A program made the position numbers and the translations under genes. From an uncultured Dehalococcoidia bacterium (GTDB lineage Bacteria; Chloroflexota; Dehalococcoidia; Lucifugimonadales; UBA826): a stretch of 64,000 nt of DNA. This document shows, in pieces, positions 7,710 to 17,692 of this stretch. The stretch is taken from the NCBI GenBank assembly GCA_964500645.1, contig CAZCOH010000003.1, forward strand, positions 23,536 through 87,535. Reading direction: 5' to 3'. Every line of letters starts with the position of its first letter. The stretch's first letter is position 1. The notes under the pieces are model-generated. The model was not told where the DNA came from. It did not search any database and saw only the letters and a program-made list of their open reading frames with translations.

Positions 7710-9443
7710 ATGAATGACGAGGAACTTTCAAATTTAAGGTATAGAATCAGGCATTCTGCTGCGCATGTAATGGCTGATGTTGTGACCACGATGTATCCCG
7801 ATGCTAAATTGGCTATTGGTCCCCCAACTGAAGATGGATTCTATTATGATTTTTTAGTTGAAAATCCTTTTTCTGATGAAGACCTTAAAAGAATAGAGCG
7901 ACAGATGAAAAAAATCATCGGTCGTAATCTTTCATTTGAATATTCTGAGTATTCCCGCCAGGAAATTTTAGAAAAAAACAAGCATGAGCCTCTGAAATTA
8001 GAGGTTATTTCAGAAATTCCTGAGGGCGAAACAATCACCACATATAAGCATGGTGATTTTGAGGATCTTTGTGCTGGCCCTCATGTTGATTCAACGGGCC
8101 AAATTCCCGCATTTAAGCTTATTAATGTTGCTGGCGCTTATTGGAGAGGGGATGAAAACAGGCCGATGCTACAGCGAATATATGGTACGGCTTGGGAAAG
8201 TAAAGAGTCTTTAGAAAAACACTTGAACAACCTAGAGGAAGCAAAGAAACGTGATCATAGAACTCTAGGTAAAGAAATGGATTTGTTTTCTGTACATGAA
8301 GAGACTGGACCCGGTTTAATCATATGGCATCCTAAAGGTGCTAGGGTGAGAAACATCTTCGAAAATTTTTGGAGAGAAGAACATTACAAAAGAGGATATG
8401 ACTTAATTTACACGCCTAATATAGGGAGAGCAAATCTTTGGCAGACAAGTGGGCATCTTGATTTTTTTAAAGAGAACATGTTTTCACCATCAGAAACAGA
8501 CGGACAAGATTATTATCTAAAGCCCATGAATTGTCCTTTCCATATAATGTATTACAAATCTTCCCTACGAAGTTATAGAGAACTTCCGATGAGGATAGGA
8601 GAACTTGGGACTGTTTATCGTTATGAAAGAGGTGGCACTCTTCACGGAATGATGAGAGTTAGAGGGTTTACTCAAGATGATGCACATATATTTTGCAGAC
8701 CTGATCAAATTGAACATGAGATTAATAACGTTTTGGACCTCACTTTTTATTTATTGGAGGCTTTTGGCTTTAAGGATTTCACATTAAATCTATCTACACG
8801 CCCAGATAAAGCTGTTGGTTCTGATGATCAATGGGATCTCGCTGAAAATTCTCTTAGAAATACTTTGCTAAGCAGGGGATTGGATTTTGACATAGAAGAA
8901 GCGGGCGGAGCATTCTATGGCCCTAAAATAGACGTCAATATAAAGGACGCACTTGGACGATCTTGGCAATGTACTACGGTACAGTTTGATTTTAATTTAC
9001 CTCAGAGATTTGGGATAACTTATATTGGGGAAGATGGAAATGAACACCAGCCATATATGGTTCATAGAGCTATATTTGGATCTCTGGAAAGATTCATGGG
9101 TGTTTTAATTGAACACTACGGTGGTGCATTTCCGGTGTGGCTGGCTCCACTTCAGGTAAAGGTCATACCAATAGCTGATCGTCACTTTGAGTACGCAAAG
9201 AAAATCGGAAATGAAATGGATGCCTCTGGCCTACGTTGTGAAGTGGACTTAGGTACTGATCGTATGAATTCTAAGATCAGGCAAGGACAACTTCAGAAGA
9301 TCCCTTATATGATCATAGTTGGAGATAAGGAAGTCGATTCCGATACTGTGAGTGTAAGATCTAGGAATGGAGAAGACGTAGGGGTTGTTAGTTTGAAAGA
9401 CTTAGTTAGTCGCATAGTTTCCGAATCAGACAATAAAGAGTAA
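7710..9443 (+). CDS. thrS: Threonyl-tRNA synthetase (short form without the N-terminal TGS domain)
   Basis: RHSAAH editing motif, DLCAGPH, LKPMNCP, YRYE, MRVRGFTQDDAH, FYGPKID. ATG at 7710. Confidence 0.97.
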   Translation: MNDEELSNLRYRIRHSAAHVMADVVTTMYPDAKLAIGPPTEDGFYYDFLVENPFSDEDLKRIERQMKKIIGRNLSFEYSEYSRQEILEKNKHEPLKLEVISEIPEGETITTYKHGDFEDLCAGPHVDSTGQIPAFKLINVAGAYWRGDENRPMLQRIYGTAWESKESLEKHLNNLEEAKKRDHRTLGKEMDLFSVHEETGPGLIIWHPKGARVRNIFENFWREEHYKRGYDLIYTPNIGRANLWQTSGHLDFFKENMFSPSETDGQDYYLKPMNCPFHIMYYKSSLRSYRELPMRIGELGTVYRYERGGTLHGMMRVRGFTQDDAHIFCRPDQIEHEINNVLDLTFYLLEAFGFKDFTLNLSTRPDKAVGSDDQWDLAENSLRNTLLSRGLDFDIEEAGGAFYGPKIDVNIKDALGRSWQCTTVQFDFNLPQRFGITYIGEDGNEHQPYMVHRAIFGSLERFMGVLIEHYGGAFPVWLAPLQVKVIPIADRHFEYAKKIGNEMDASGLRCEVDLGTDRMNSKIRQGQLQKIPYMIIVGDKEVDSDTVSVRSRNGEDVGVVSLKDLVSRIVSESDNKE

Positions 9444-9465
9444 ATGAAAAATCGGATTTGATATG

Positions 9466-9494
9466 TTGAACGAAGTTTGATGGTGTGCTATATT
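9466..9494 (+). promoter_or_regulatory. Promoter for infC-rpmI-rplT
   Basis: TTGAAC-17 nt-TATATT with an extended -10 TG. Confidence 0.55.
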
Positions 9495-9553
9495 CGAAGT
9501 GGCTCAGTGTTGTTACTGAGTTGTTCATATTTACAAGTAAACGGAGAAATAAC

Positions 9554-10120
9554 ATAGCTAAAAATTATCGGGTTAATGACAGAATAAGGGTTCCATCAGT
9601 GCTTCTTGTGGATGACAAGGGAAATCAACTGGGGGAAATGTCAACCCCAGATGCCATTGCCCTGGCCAGTGAAAGAGGGTTGGATTTGGTTGAGGTAGCT
9701 CCTGCAGCTGAGCCTCCTGTGTGCCGCATTCTAAACTACGGAAAATTTAGATATGAGGCTACTAGAAAGGAACGTGAGGCAAGGAAAGCGAACAAAGCAA
9801 AATCTAAAAATCAACTTAGGGAAGTCAGGATGAAGACGAGGATAGGAGAGCACGATAGGCTTTCTAAGACTAGGCTTGTGAAGAGATTGATGTCCCAAGG
9901 TTCAAAAGTAAAAGTTTCCATAATTTTTAGGGGTAGAGAGATGCAGCATCCCCAAATAGGGATGGACCTGCTTAAAATTGTTGCTGAGGATCTCGGAGAG
10001 GACGCTGTTCTTGATAAGGCTCCGTCGTTTGAAGGGAGATTTTTGGCGATGGTTTTGGCTCCAAGTGCATCACTAAAAAAATCAGTACAGAATAAGGAAC
10101 TCGAGAGTGCCAAAGCTTAA
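9554..10120 (+). CDS. infC: Translation initiation factor IF-3, non-canonical ATA start
   Basis: YRVNDRIR, GLDLVEVAP..PPVCRILNYGKF, IIFRGRE. GGAG at 9543-9546 precedes an in-frame ATA at 9554. Confidence 0.93.
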   Translation: MAKNYRVNDRIRVPSVLLVDDKGNQLGEMSTPDAIALASERGLDLVEVAPAAEPPVCRILNYGKFRYEATRKEREARKANKAKSKNQLREVRMKTRIGEHDRLSKTRLVKRLMSQGSKVKVSIIFRGREMQHPQIGMDLLKIVAEDLGEDAVLDKAPSFEGRFLAMVLAPSASLKKSVQNKELESAKA

Positions 10121-10304
10121 GACCCACAAAGGGGCAAAAAAAAGATTTAAAGTCAGCGGCTCAGGTAAACTTTTAAGAATGAAAGGTATGAGCAGCCACC
10201 TTCGTAGGAAAAAACCAAAGAGAGTCAAAAGGTTGTATGACAGCAAATTGCCTGTCAGTGATGCGGATGTTCCAAGACTTAAAAAGTTACTTCCATACGA
10301 ATAA
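10107..10304 (+). CDS. rpmI: 50S ribosomal protein L35
   Basis: MPKLKTHKGAKKRFK; GTG start. Confidence 0.97.
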   Translation: MPKLKTHKGAKKRFKVSGSGKLLRMKGMSSHLRRKKPKRVKRLYDSKLPVSDADVPRLKKLLPYE

Positions 10305-10331
10305 TAATCAATTGATTTGTAGGAGATAGAT

Positions 10332-10697
10332 TTGACAAGGATAAAAGGCGGCGTAACTCGACGCCGTAGACACAAAAAAATTCTCGGGATGACCAAAGGT
10401 CATCAAGGTGTGAGGCACAGGTTATATAGACGAGCCCATGAATCTATGATTCATGCAGGTCAATATGCCTACGATCATAGGAAGCAGAAAAAAGGTGATA
10501 TGCGAAGGCTTTGGAATATCAGGATCAATGCTGCCGCTAGAGCTAATGGGATAAAGTACAGCCAACTCATACATGGACTTAACTTGGCGGGTATAGAAAT
10601 CAATAGGAAAATGCTGGCGGAGTTAGCGGTTAGTGATATTGATGCATTTTCTGCGATCGTTGCTGAAGCCCAGTCCGCTCTTGAGGAAGCTGCCTAA
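10332..10697 (+). CDS. rplT: 50S ribosomal protein L20
   Basis: RRLWNIRINAAAR and INRKMLAELAV. Confidence 0.97.
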   Translation: MTRIKGGVTRRRRHKKILGMTKGHQGVRHRLYRRAHESMIHAGQYAYDHRKQKKGDMRRLWNIRINAAARANGIKYSQLIHGLNLAGIEINRKMLAELAVSDIDAFSAIVAEAQSALEEAA

Positions 10698-10751
10698 AAA
10701 CCTGATTATAATTGAATCTCTTTTCCTCAAAGGTTATAGAATTGTCTCTGG

Positions 10752-11360
10752 TTACCATTTAGATACTATGGATATGTCTTTAGCCAGGTCTTCCGTCGTT
10801 ATTGGGTTTGTGTGAATTACTCTGGGTTTGCCAGTCCTATCTATTATGTATATAGGGGAAGTGTGTACAACTTGGTATTTTTCCTGAAACAATGATTTTA
10901 GAGACTTTTGACTATCAGCGATTTCGCCTTTCTGAGGATTTATAAAATATGCATCCCAGATCAAGTCTAATTCAGATTGTGCTCCTGATAAATAAACCCA
11001 GTTACCTGGTAAGTCCCACTTATTCATAAATGAAACCCTAGATTCTCTGTTATCTCTATGTGGGTCTACAGAGATAATGTGTACGTCGATTTCTGACTGA
11101 GACTCTAAACTGTTCATGGCTTTTTTAATTTTTGAGGTGACTATAGGACAAACATCCGTGCAATTTGTAAACATGAATGTAAGCACAGTAGGTTTGTCAG
11201 TTCTGCTTGAAATACTCTGGCCTAGGTGGTCATTGAGAACGTATTCGTGTCCTTGGTGATTAGATAATTTTGTACCTAATAGTTCATTATTGGTATCGTT
11301 TGCAGAACAACCAACTAAGGAAATTATAGAAAATATAGCAACAATTATCGGATAGTACAA
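10752..11360 (-). CDS. SCO1/SenC copper chaperone (lipoprotein)
   Basis: LVGC lipobox, FTNCTDVCP CxxxC, ISVDPHRD and the distal His (VHTS). Confidence 0.9.
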   Translation of the reverse strand: MYYPIIVAIFSIISLVGCSANDTNNELLGTKLSNHQGHEYVLNDHLGQSISSRTDKPTVLTFMFTNCTDVCPIVTSKIKKAMNSLESQSEIDVHIISVDPHRDNRESRVSFMNKWDLPGNWVYLSGAQSELDLIWDAYFINPQKGEIADSQKSLKSLFQEKYQVVHTSPIYIIDRTGKPRVIHTNPITTEDLAKDISIVSKW

Positions 11361-11416
11361 ACTGTATCGGGGGAACCTAGGGTTATTGTATTTTGTCAGT
11401 CCTATAATACTGTACT

Positions 11417-11623
11417 CTAGTTTTTTTCGGTGTTCCGTTCCAAAAGATATGCGATTACTGGAGTTAAAATTAATAAGGCCATACCTATAATTATGACGCC
11501 TCCGGTGCTTAATGACGTGTTGTGGTGAACTTGGTAAAAAACGTACCCAAGTACTATCGCAAAGGCTGCTATAAACGCTAGCGATACAACCGGGACAATT
11601 ATAGACAGAGCTACCTTATTCAT
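11417..11623 (-). CDS. Small two-TM hypothetical protein inside the cta operon (68 aa)
   Basis: AGGAG 5 nt upstream of ATG 11623. Two hydrophobic helices joined by a QVHHNTS loop. Confidence 0.7.
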   Translation of the reverse strand: MNKVALSIIVPVVSLAFIAAFAIVLGYVFYQVHHNTSLSTGGVIIIGMALLILTPVIAYLLERNTEKN

Positions 11624-11694
11624 TTGTTCTCCTAATATGTGACCGCAAAAAGATTCAGCTACCACATTTTAATAAATTGCACATCACGTTTCAA

Positions 11695-12492
11695 TTATAA
11701 AGCTGTTTCGTCTTTTGAACCTTCATCAAACCACTTAAAAAATGTAATTATTATTAATATTAGGAATAGGAATCCACTTCCCACTTTCATTATAATGCCA
11801 CCGATTTGCTGATCCCAAAGTGGACTGATATTCCAAATTCTTGGAGCTTCTATGTAGTGCGAATATATTGGCTCTTGTGAAAAAGTGATTATCCCAAAAA
11901 CTATGATTTGCGCTAATGACATTACGAATAAATAGATTAATTGTATGGGATAGGAAAGTCTTGGTAGTTCAGGAACTTTACTCGATAAAGGCCACCACAT
12001 AATGAAAGCAGCAACCATAAATAGGATATGTTCGCCTACATGTATTGAATGAAAAGTGACAGATAAATTATATAGGACGGGAAGATGCCAAATGGAAAAT
12101 ACCATGTTGAATATTACAATAGCTGCTATCGGATGGAAGATTAATTTGAATATCCTGAGTACCGTTCGGTTTCTTAGTAAAGGACTAATGAGCCAGGCCG
12201 GAGTTCCTAATATGATTAGAGGAGGGGATACTAAAGTTAGTAAGACATGCTGAAGCATGTGTGCGCTAAATAGGTACTGATCGCTTAATATATGGAGGGG
12301 TGACAATAGACATAAAAATATAACTAAAATTCCAGTGGTGAAAAGAGTTGTCTGACCTTGATCAATACTTGGTGAAAGATTATATTTTTTTCTAATTGGT
12401 CCGATTCCAATGAAATATATCGTAAGAAAAGCTGTTAGGCCTATTAAAGCGTCTGGGTGACCATGCCAGTGAAGCCAGATAGACTCACTCAT
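11695..12492 (-). CDS. ctaG: caa3-type oxidase assembly factor CtaG
   Basis: FSAHMLQH, WHLP, HVGEH, WDQQIGGIIM. Confidence 0.88.
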   Translation of the reverse strand: MSESIWLHWHGHPDALIGLTAFLTIYFIGIGPIRKKYNLSPSIDQGQTTLFTTGILVIFLCLLSPLHILSDQYLFSAHMLQHVLLTLVSPPLIILGTPAWLISPLLRNRTVLRIFKLIFHPIAAIVIFNMVFSIWHLPVLYNLSVTFHSIHVGEHILFMVAAFIMWWPLSSKVPELPRLSYPIQLIYLFVMSLAQIIVFGIITFSQEPIYSHYIEAPRIWNISPLWDQQIGGIIMKVGSGFLFLILIIITFFKWFDEGSKDETAL

Positions 12493-12549
12493 ATTATGAT
12501 CAACCTGCCAAACCTGTAGTCATATGAGACTTTGGTAAATATAGTCAGT

Positions 12550-12861
12550 TTATATTAGAGCTTGAAATAGGAACATTAGTGCAAATATGACTGCGGTGGC
12601 TAAAATGAATCCGCCAACAAACATGTAGCTAAACAGTTTGTGGTCGAATTTCAAATGCATGTAGTACATGGCAACTAATGCAAATTTTCCTGCAGAAAGC
12701 ACAAATAATACCGGGATTATCCAATGACCAAGCCATTCTAAGTAGAATATGCCCACTTCAATTGCCGTAACAACCGAAAGTATCATGGCTATTTTGAAGT
12801 ACAGTCCCGCGGTTGGATGACCTTCGTCGTGACTTTCTACCACAGATGTATCTTGACTCAT
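12550..12861 (-). CDS. ctaF: Cytochrome c oxidase subunit IV
   Basis: LSVVTAIEV and KFALVAMYYMHLKFD. ATG at 12861; the longer track ORF overlaps ctaE. Confidence 0.88.
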   Translation of the reverse strand: MSQDTSVVESHDEGHPTAGLYFKIAMILSVVTAIEVGIFYLEWLGHWIIPVLFVLSAGKFALVAMYYMHLKFDHKLFSYMFVGGFILATAVIFALMFLFQALI

Positions 12862-12878
12862 TTGATCTCCATTTCCTA

Positions 12879-13643
12879 TCAGTATCCTGGGAATACTCCG
12901 AACAGATAGACTACAGTGAATATTACTATCCAAACTACGTCTACAAAGTGCCAATAAAGTGCTGCTAGATCTAGGTCCAAGTTTTTCTCAGGAGTGACAA
13001 TTCCTCGCTTAAATGATAAGAAAAATATAGACAAAAGCCATACCACTCCCAAAGTGACATGAGCACCATGGAAGCCAGTAAGTGTAAAGAAAGTGGTGCC
13101 AAACAAATTTGTTTGAGGCTTGAGGCCGTATTTTTCATCTACATGGTGATCGGTTTTAACAAGACCGTTTTCATCAATACATTCCTTATTGAAAAAGTGT
13201 TCATCACCAGGTTTTACGTGCTTGCCTTGAGCTATATCTTCGCCAATTTCAGAGCATTCGAAATGCACATGGTAGTTTGCAAAACTGGCGAATTCATATA
13301 CTTGGAAGCCTATAAAAGTTGAACCCATTATTGCAGTAGATACCATCCAGATACGAAAACCCTTTATGTTTCCACGGGTTAGTGCAGCATAGGCTAAAAC
13401 CATGCTCATACTACTGATCAGAAGTACGAACGTGCTAACAGATGTTACTGGTATATCGAAAACATCCATAGGCATAGCCCCTGATAGGCTTTTACCTTTG
13501 TATACCAAGTACGTCGCTATTAACGACCCGAAAAACATGCAGTCAGACCCTAGGAATGCCCACATCAGCATTTTCCTGTGGTTTAGACCAGTGTATGTCT
13601 CCTCGTGTTCGCCGTGTACAGGCGCTGTATGTTCTTGTGCCAA
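12879..13643 (-). CDS. ctaE: Cytochrome c oxidase subunit III (5-helix form) with a His/Cys-rich loop insert
   Basis: FFTLTGFHGAHV and LYWHFVDVVWIVIF. Confidence 0.93.
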   Translation of the reverse strand: MAQEHTAPVHGEHEETYTGLNHRKMLMWAFLGSDCMFFGSLIATYLVYKGKSLSGAMPMDVFDIPVTSVSTFVLLISSMSMVLAYAALTRGNIKGFRIWMVSTAIMGSTFIGFQVYEFASFANYHVHFECSEIGEDIAQGKHVKPGDEHFFNKECIDENGLVKTDHHVDEKYGLKPQTNLFGTTFFTLTGFHGAHVTLGVVWLLSIFFLSFKRGIVTPEKNLDLDLAALYWHFVDVVWIVIFTVVYLFGVFPGY

Positions 13644-13658
13644 ACTATTTAGCCTCTC

Positions 13659-15527
13659 TTAGTGTCCACTATCTTCATCTGGGTCATTCACAGGTTCAAG
13701 AGACCAAGCATAAACCCCTACAAAACCGATGAAGGTGCCGATTATTGCTATCGCCCACGGAACGATCAGATCATTGAATACGACGCCGTATGCTGCAATG
13801 AAAACTCCCAAAGATACAACGAGCGGCCAATATGAAGGCTGAGGGAGGTGGATTCCGTGGCCACTTTCTTCTTCGTAACCTCCGGATCCTCCGGAAGCAG
13901 GAACCTCTCTATGGGGATTACCTTGCTTTGTCGCCCACCAGTCATCTAATGATCTCACAACAGGTATCTCTTTGAAATTGTATTCTGGCGGCGGTGAAGG
14001 TATGGACCATTCAAGTGTCCGTGCATCCCATGGATCCCCTGGTGCAGGCTCTCCGTTTTTCCAACTGTTTACCATGTTGTAGATAAAGACAAGGAATCCG
14101 GCGATTAGTATAAATACCCCGAATGTGGATACACCATTCCATAGTTCCCATCCCATTCCATCTACATAGGTGTATATCCTGCGTGGCATACCGTCGAGCC
14201 CAACAAAATGCATAGGGAAGAAAGACAGGTTTTGACCAATCATCATCAACCAGAAATGTATCTGCCCTTGTTTTTCATTGAACATCTTTCCAGAGAACTT
14301 AGGGAACCAAAAATAAACTCCGGACATCAGAGCCATGATGGCCCCACCGAACAACACATAATGAATATGTGCAGGTATGAAATATGTGTCTTGTTGTTGT
14401 GCGTCTGAAGCGGAAACTGCGTGCATGACTCCACTGATTCCACCGATCAAAAACATTGCTATGAATCCCAATGAGAAAACCATGGGAGTATTTAGTCTTA
14501 ACGAACCTCCCCATACTGTCCCCATCCAGTTAAAAACCTTAATCCCGGTAGGTACGGCTATAAGCATAGTCGTTATTGTAAATACAGCGTTTGCAACAGG
14601 GCCAAGTCCCACTGTAAACATATGATGGCTCCAAACCATCCACCCCATGAAGGCAATTATAGCTCCGGCGAGCACAACAGTTGTGTAACCGAATAGAGGT
14701 TTTTTCGAAAATACAGGTATAACTTCTGACACTATACCCATCGCAGGTAGGATCAATATGTATACCTCAGGGTGGCCAAAAACCCAAAAAAGATGCTGCC
14801 AAAGAACTACGCTTCCACCTTGCGCTACATTGAAAAAGTTAAAGGCGAAGTATCTATCGAAGGTGAGTTCTATAAGTGCGACGGTAATTACCGGAAATGC
14901 AAGTACTAACAATATAGCTGTTAGAAAGCTCATCCACGTAAACAAAGGCATCCTCATCATGGTCATGCCTGGTGCTCTCATATTTATGATCGTCACTATA
15001 AAATTGAATGCGGCGGCTAGAGAGGCTATCCCTAGTACCTGCAAGCTAATAATCCAAAAATCAATTCCTTTACCTGGATTTTGGTCAATTGAAGTTAAGG
15101 GAGCGTATCCGAACCATCCAGCGTCGGTTGCTCCTCCTATCCAACTGAGTTTTAGCATTATTGCTCCTGCTAAAAATGTCCAGTAGCTAAACGCATTAAG
15201 TCGAGGGAATGCAACGTCACGCGCCCCTATTTGGAGGGGGATTAGAAAGTTGAAAAATGCGGCACCCATGGGCATTATGGCTAGAAATATCATGGTTGTA
15301 CCGTGCATAGTAAATAGCTGGTTGTAAACAGCTGCACTCACTATGTCCAACTCGGGGCCACTTAGTTGGATTCTCATTAAGGTTGCTTCTATACCACCCG
15401 TTATGAAAAGAATAAAAGCCGTGACACCGTATAGTATCCCGATCTTTTTGTGATCTATTGTCGTTATCCAGTTCCATATTCCTGTCGGATGGACCGGTCT
15501 GGGTATCGCTAACGGGAATGTACTCAC
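13659..15527 (-). CDS. ctaD: Cytochrome c oxidase subunit I (type A1)
   Basis: FTMHG, GHPEVY, WSHHM, HIHY. Confidence 0.97.
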   Translation of the reverse strand: MSTFPLAIPRPVHPTGIWNWITTIDHKKIGILYGVTAFILFITGGIEATLMRIQLSGPELDIVSAAVYNQLFTMHGTTMIFLAIMPMGAAFFNFLIPLQIGARDVAFPRLNAFSYWTFLAGAIMLKLSWIGGATDAGWFGYAPLTSIDQNPGKGIDFWIISLQVLGIASLAAAFNFIVTIINMRAPGMTMMRMPLFTWMSFLTAILLVLAFPVITVALIELTFDRYFAFNFFNVAQGGSVVLWQHLFWVFGHPEVYILILPAMGIVSEVIPVFSKKPLFGYTTVVLAGAIIAFMGWMVWSHHMFTVGLGPVANAVFTITTMLIAVPTGIKVFNWMGTVWGGSLRLNTPMVFSLGFIAMFLIGGISGVMHAVSASDAQQQDTYFIPAHIHYVLFGGAIMALMSGVYFWFPKFSGKMFNEKQGQIHFWLMMIGQNLSFFPMHFVGLDGMPRRIYTYVDGMGWELWNGVSTFGVFILIAGFLVFIYNMVNSWKNGEPAPGDPWDARTLEWSIPSPPPEYNFKEIPVVRSLDDWWATKQGNPHREVPASGGSGGYEEESGHGIHLPQPSYWPLVVSLGVFIAAYGVVFNDLIVPWAIAIIGTFIGFVGVYAWSLEPVNDPDEDSGH

Positions 15528-15582
15528 TTATGCGCCTCGCTTTTCAAAGACGGTGATTTCTTTTTTAAAGTGTCCAAATTGT

Positions 15583-16740
15583 TCATTTAAGCGTTGTCAG
15601 ATATGAAACTAAAGCAGATAGTTGATTCTCTGTTAAAGCTCTGTCAGGGTCAGTGTAAACAGCAGCTTGTGCAGACATAATGTTCCCCTGTTTTATTGAC
15701 TCTGGGTTTTCTATCCATTTCCTCAGGTTTTCTTGTAGATAGCCATCATTTACCGGACCACCATGTCCATCGGTATTATCCAACATTCCTGCTGCGAGAT
15801 CTCTTCTAGAAGCTACATGAGCCAGGTTCGGGCCTACTCTTCCCTTGGAACCTTTTTTGACTACGGTTTTTAACGCGTGGCAACCGCTGCATCCGGCACT
15901 TTTAAAGGTTGCAGATCCTTCTTCCACAAGTGGATCAGTGGACACCAAGGCTGGTTTCGATTGTTCTGAGAGCCATTTGTCGAAATCTGATTTTTCTACG
16001 GCTATCACTTTAAACTTCATATTGGCATGAGAAGTACCACAGTATTCCGCACACTGACCATAGTATTCTCCGGGTTCGTCCGCTTGAAACCACATGTAGT
16101 TTCCTTCGGATGGCACCATGTCCACTTTACCTGCTAATTTTGGTACCCAAAAACTGTGGATAACATCCACTGACTCGAGGTTGATTTTGATAGGCTCGTT
16201 GATTGGTATATATACCTCGTTGGCAGATACAATCTCTTCCTCTGGATTATCGGGATTAGGGTATCTAAATTCAAACCACCATTGGTGACCTATTGCCTCA
16301 AGAGTATATTCGTCTTTTGCTGTGTTGGGAGCATCGCTAGCGTAGAAAAGAGCATCAATAGTTGGGAACATTAATATGGCGAGTAATATCAATGGTATTA
16401 CAGTCCATGTTATCTCTAATTTATGATTGCCGTGTGTCTGCTGAGGTATATCATCTTCGTTTTTCATTCGATATTTAAATATCGAATAGATCAATACCGC
16501 TTCGACTAAGACGAAGACTATCATCCCTCCGGCCAAGATCCACCAGAAAATATTCAATTGGGATTCCGCTACGGGCCCTCTAGGGTCGAAAGTAGATTGA
16601 TTATTATCAGGATTGATAATGACGCAGCCTGCCAAAAGGGCGGTCATGGCTAAAGCCGCTAGGAGAGATGTTATCTTACTACGTAGGGAAGATTTCATTA
16701 ATTGTGCTTCCGAGTCCACTTCAATTATATTTATACTCAA
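15583..16740 (-). CDS. ctaC: Cytochrome c oxidase subunit II with a fused cytochrome c (caa3); start may be ATG 16698
   Basis: LAGC lipobox, DVIHSFW, CAEYCGTSHANM CuA site and CSGCH heme c motif. Confidence 0.95.
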   Translation of the reverse strand: MSINIIEVDSEAQLMKSSLRSKITSLLAALAMTALLAGCVIINPDNNQSTFDPRGPVAESQLNIFWWILAGGMIVFVLVEAVLIYSIFKYRMKNEDDIPQQTHGNHKLEITWTVIPLILLAILMFPTIDALFYASDAPNTAKDEYTLEAIGHQWWFEFRYPNPDNPEEEIVSANEVYIPINEPIKINLESVDVIHSFWVPKLAGKVDMVPSEGNYMWFQADEPGEYYGQCAEYCGTSHANMKFKVIAVEKSDFDKWLSEQSKPALVSTDPLVEEGSATFKSAGCSGCHALKTVVKKGSKGRVGPNLAHVASRRDLAAGMLDNTDGHGGPVNDGYLQENLRKWIENPESIKQGNIMSAQAAVYTDPDRALTENQLSALVSYLTTLK

Positions 16741-16778
16741 TCACAAGGGAAAAATCTATCAAATTTCCCCTTGCTGAG

Positions 16779-17681
16779 TCAAGGTAAAACATTAGTTAAT
16801 CCAAAGTCCATCCACGCTATCATTCCATCTATCATAATCGATCCGAAGCTTACAGCGAGGTAAAGGAGAGAAAAAAGATAAATTGGCAACGCGAGCCGTA
16901 TGTTTGATTCACGCATTAATTTCCAAGACATCCATGAGAATATTAGGACGAATATGACGTTTGTAAGGCCGTATATTATGCCTAGTCTATCCACAGTTAA
17001 AGCGGTGATTATAACGACTGCCATTAAAATCCAGGTATAAACAAAAATCTGTTTTTTTGTGTTCTCTACTCCTTTAACTACTGGCAGCATAGGAACTCCT
17101 GCTCTCGCATAGTCGTCTTTCAATATTAGTGATAATGCCCAAAAATGCGGAGGGGTCCAGACGAATATATTTACAAACAACATGATCGGAGCTGGGTCAA
17201 GTATGTTGCCCGTTACAGCAGCCCAACCAACCATTGGAGGTATAGAGCCTGCAGCGCCTCCGATGACAATATTTTGTGAAGTCGTTCTTTTCAGTAACAT
17301 CGTATAAACAAAAACGTAAAACAATGTTGCTGCAAGAGTGAGGATTGCACTTATGAAATTTGCAAATTGCCACAATATGGCAAAAGCCACCAAATTCAAA
17401 ACAATTCCAAATATTAATGCAGTTAATGGACCTATAGACCCAGATACTAAGGGCCTTCCGTCAGTTCTGGACATTTTGTCATCTATGTCACGCTCTAGGT
17501 ATTGATTGATTGTGTTAGCACCGCCAGCCCCGAGCGCTCCCCCTGTCAGAACTGCTAGAGTGATCCATAAATCAGGTATCCCTTCTGAAGCCAAAAACAA
17601 ACCACCAACTGCAGTTACTAGTAAGAGAACTATAATCTTTGGCTTAGTTAAGGCTATTAAATCGGAAAATAATGTAGTCAT
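16779..17681 (-). CDS. ctaB: Protoheme IX farnesyltransferase (heme O synthase)
   Basis: ERDIDDKMSRTDGRPL, IGGAAG, WTPPHFWAL. Confidence 0.95.
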   Translation of the reverse strand: MTTLFSDLIALTKPKIIVLLLVTAVGGLFLASEGIPDLWITLAVLTGGALGAGGANTINQYLERDIDDKMSRTDGRPLVSGSIGPLTALIFGIVLNLVAFAILWQFANFISAILTLAATLFYVFVYTMLLKRTTSQNIVIGGAAGSIPPMVGWAAVTGNILDPAPIMLFVNIFVWTPPHFWALSLILKDDYARAGVPMLPVVKGVENTKKQIFVYTWILMAVVIITALTVDRLGIIYGLTNVIFVLIFSWMSWKLMRESNIRLALPIYLFSLLYLAVSFGSIMIDGMIAWMDFGLTNVLP

Positions 17682-17692
17682 ATTTGATTTGT

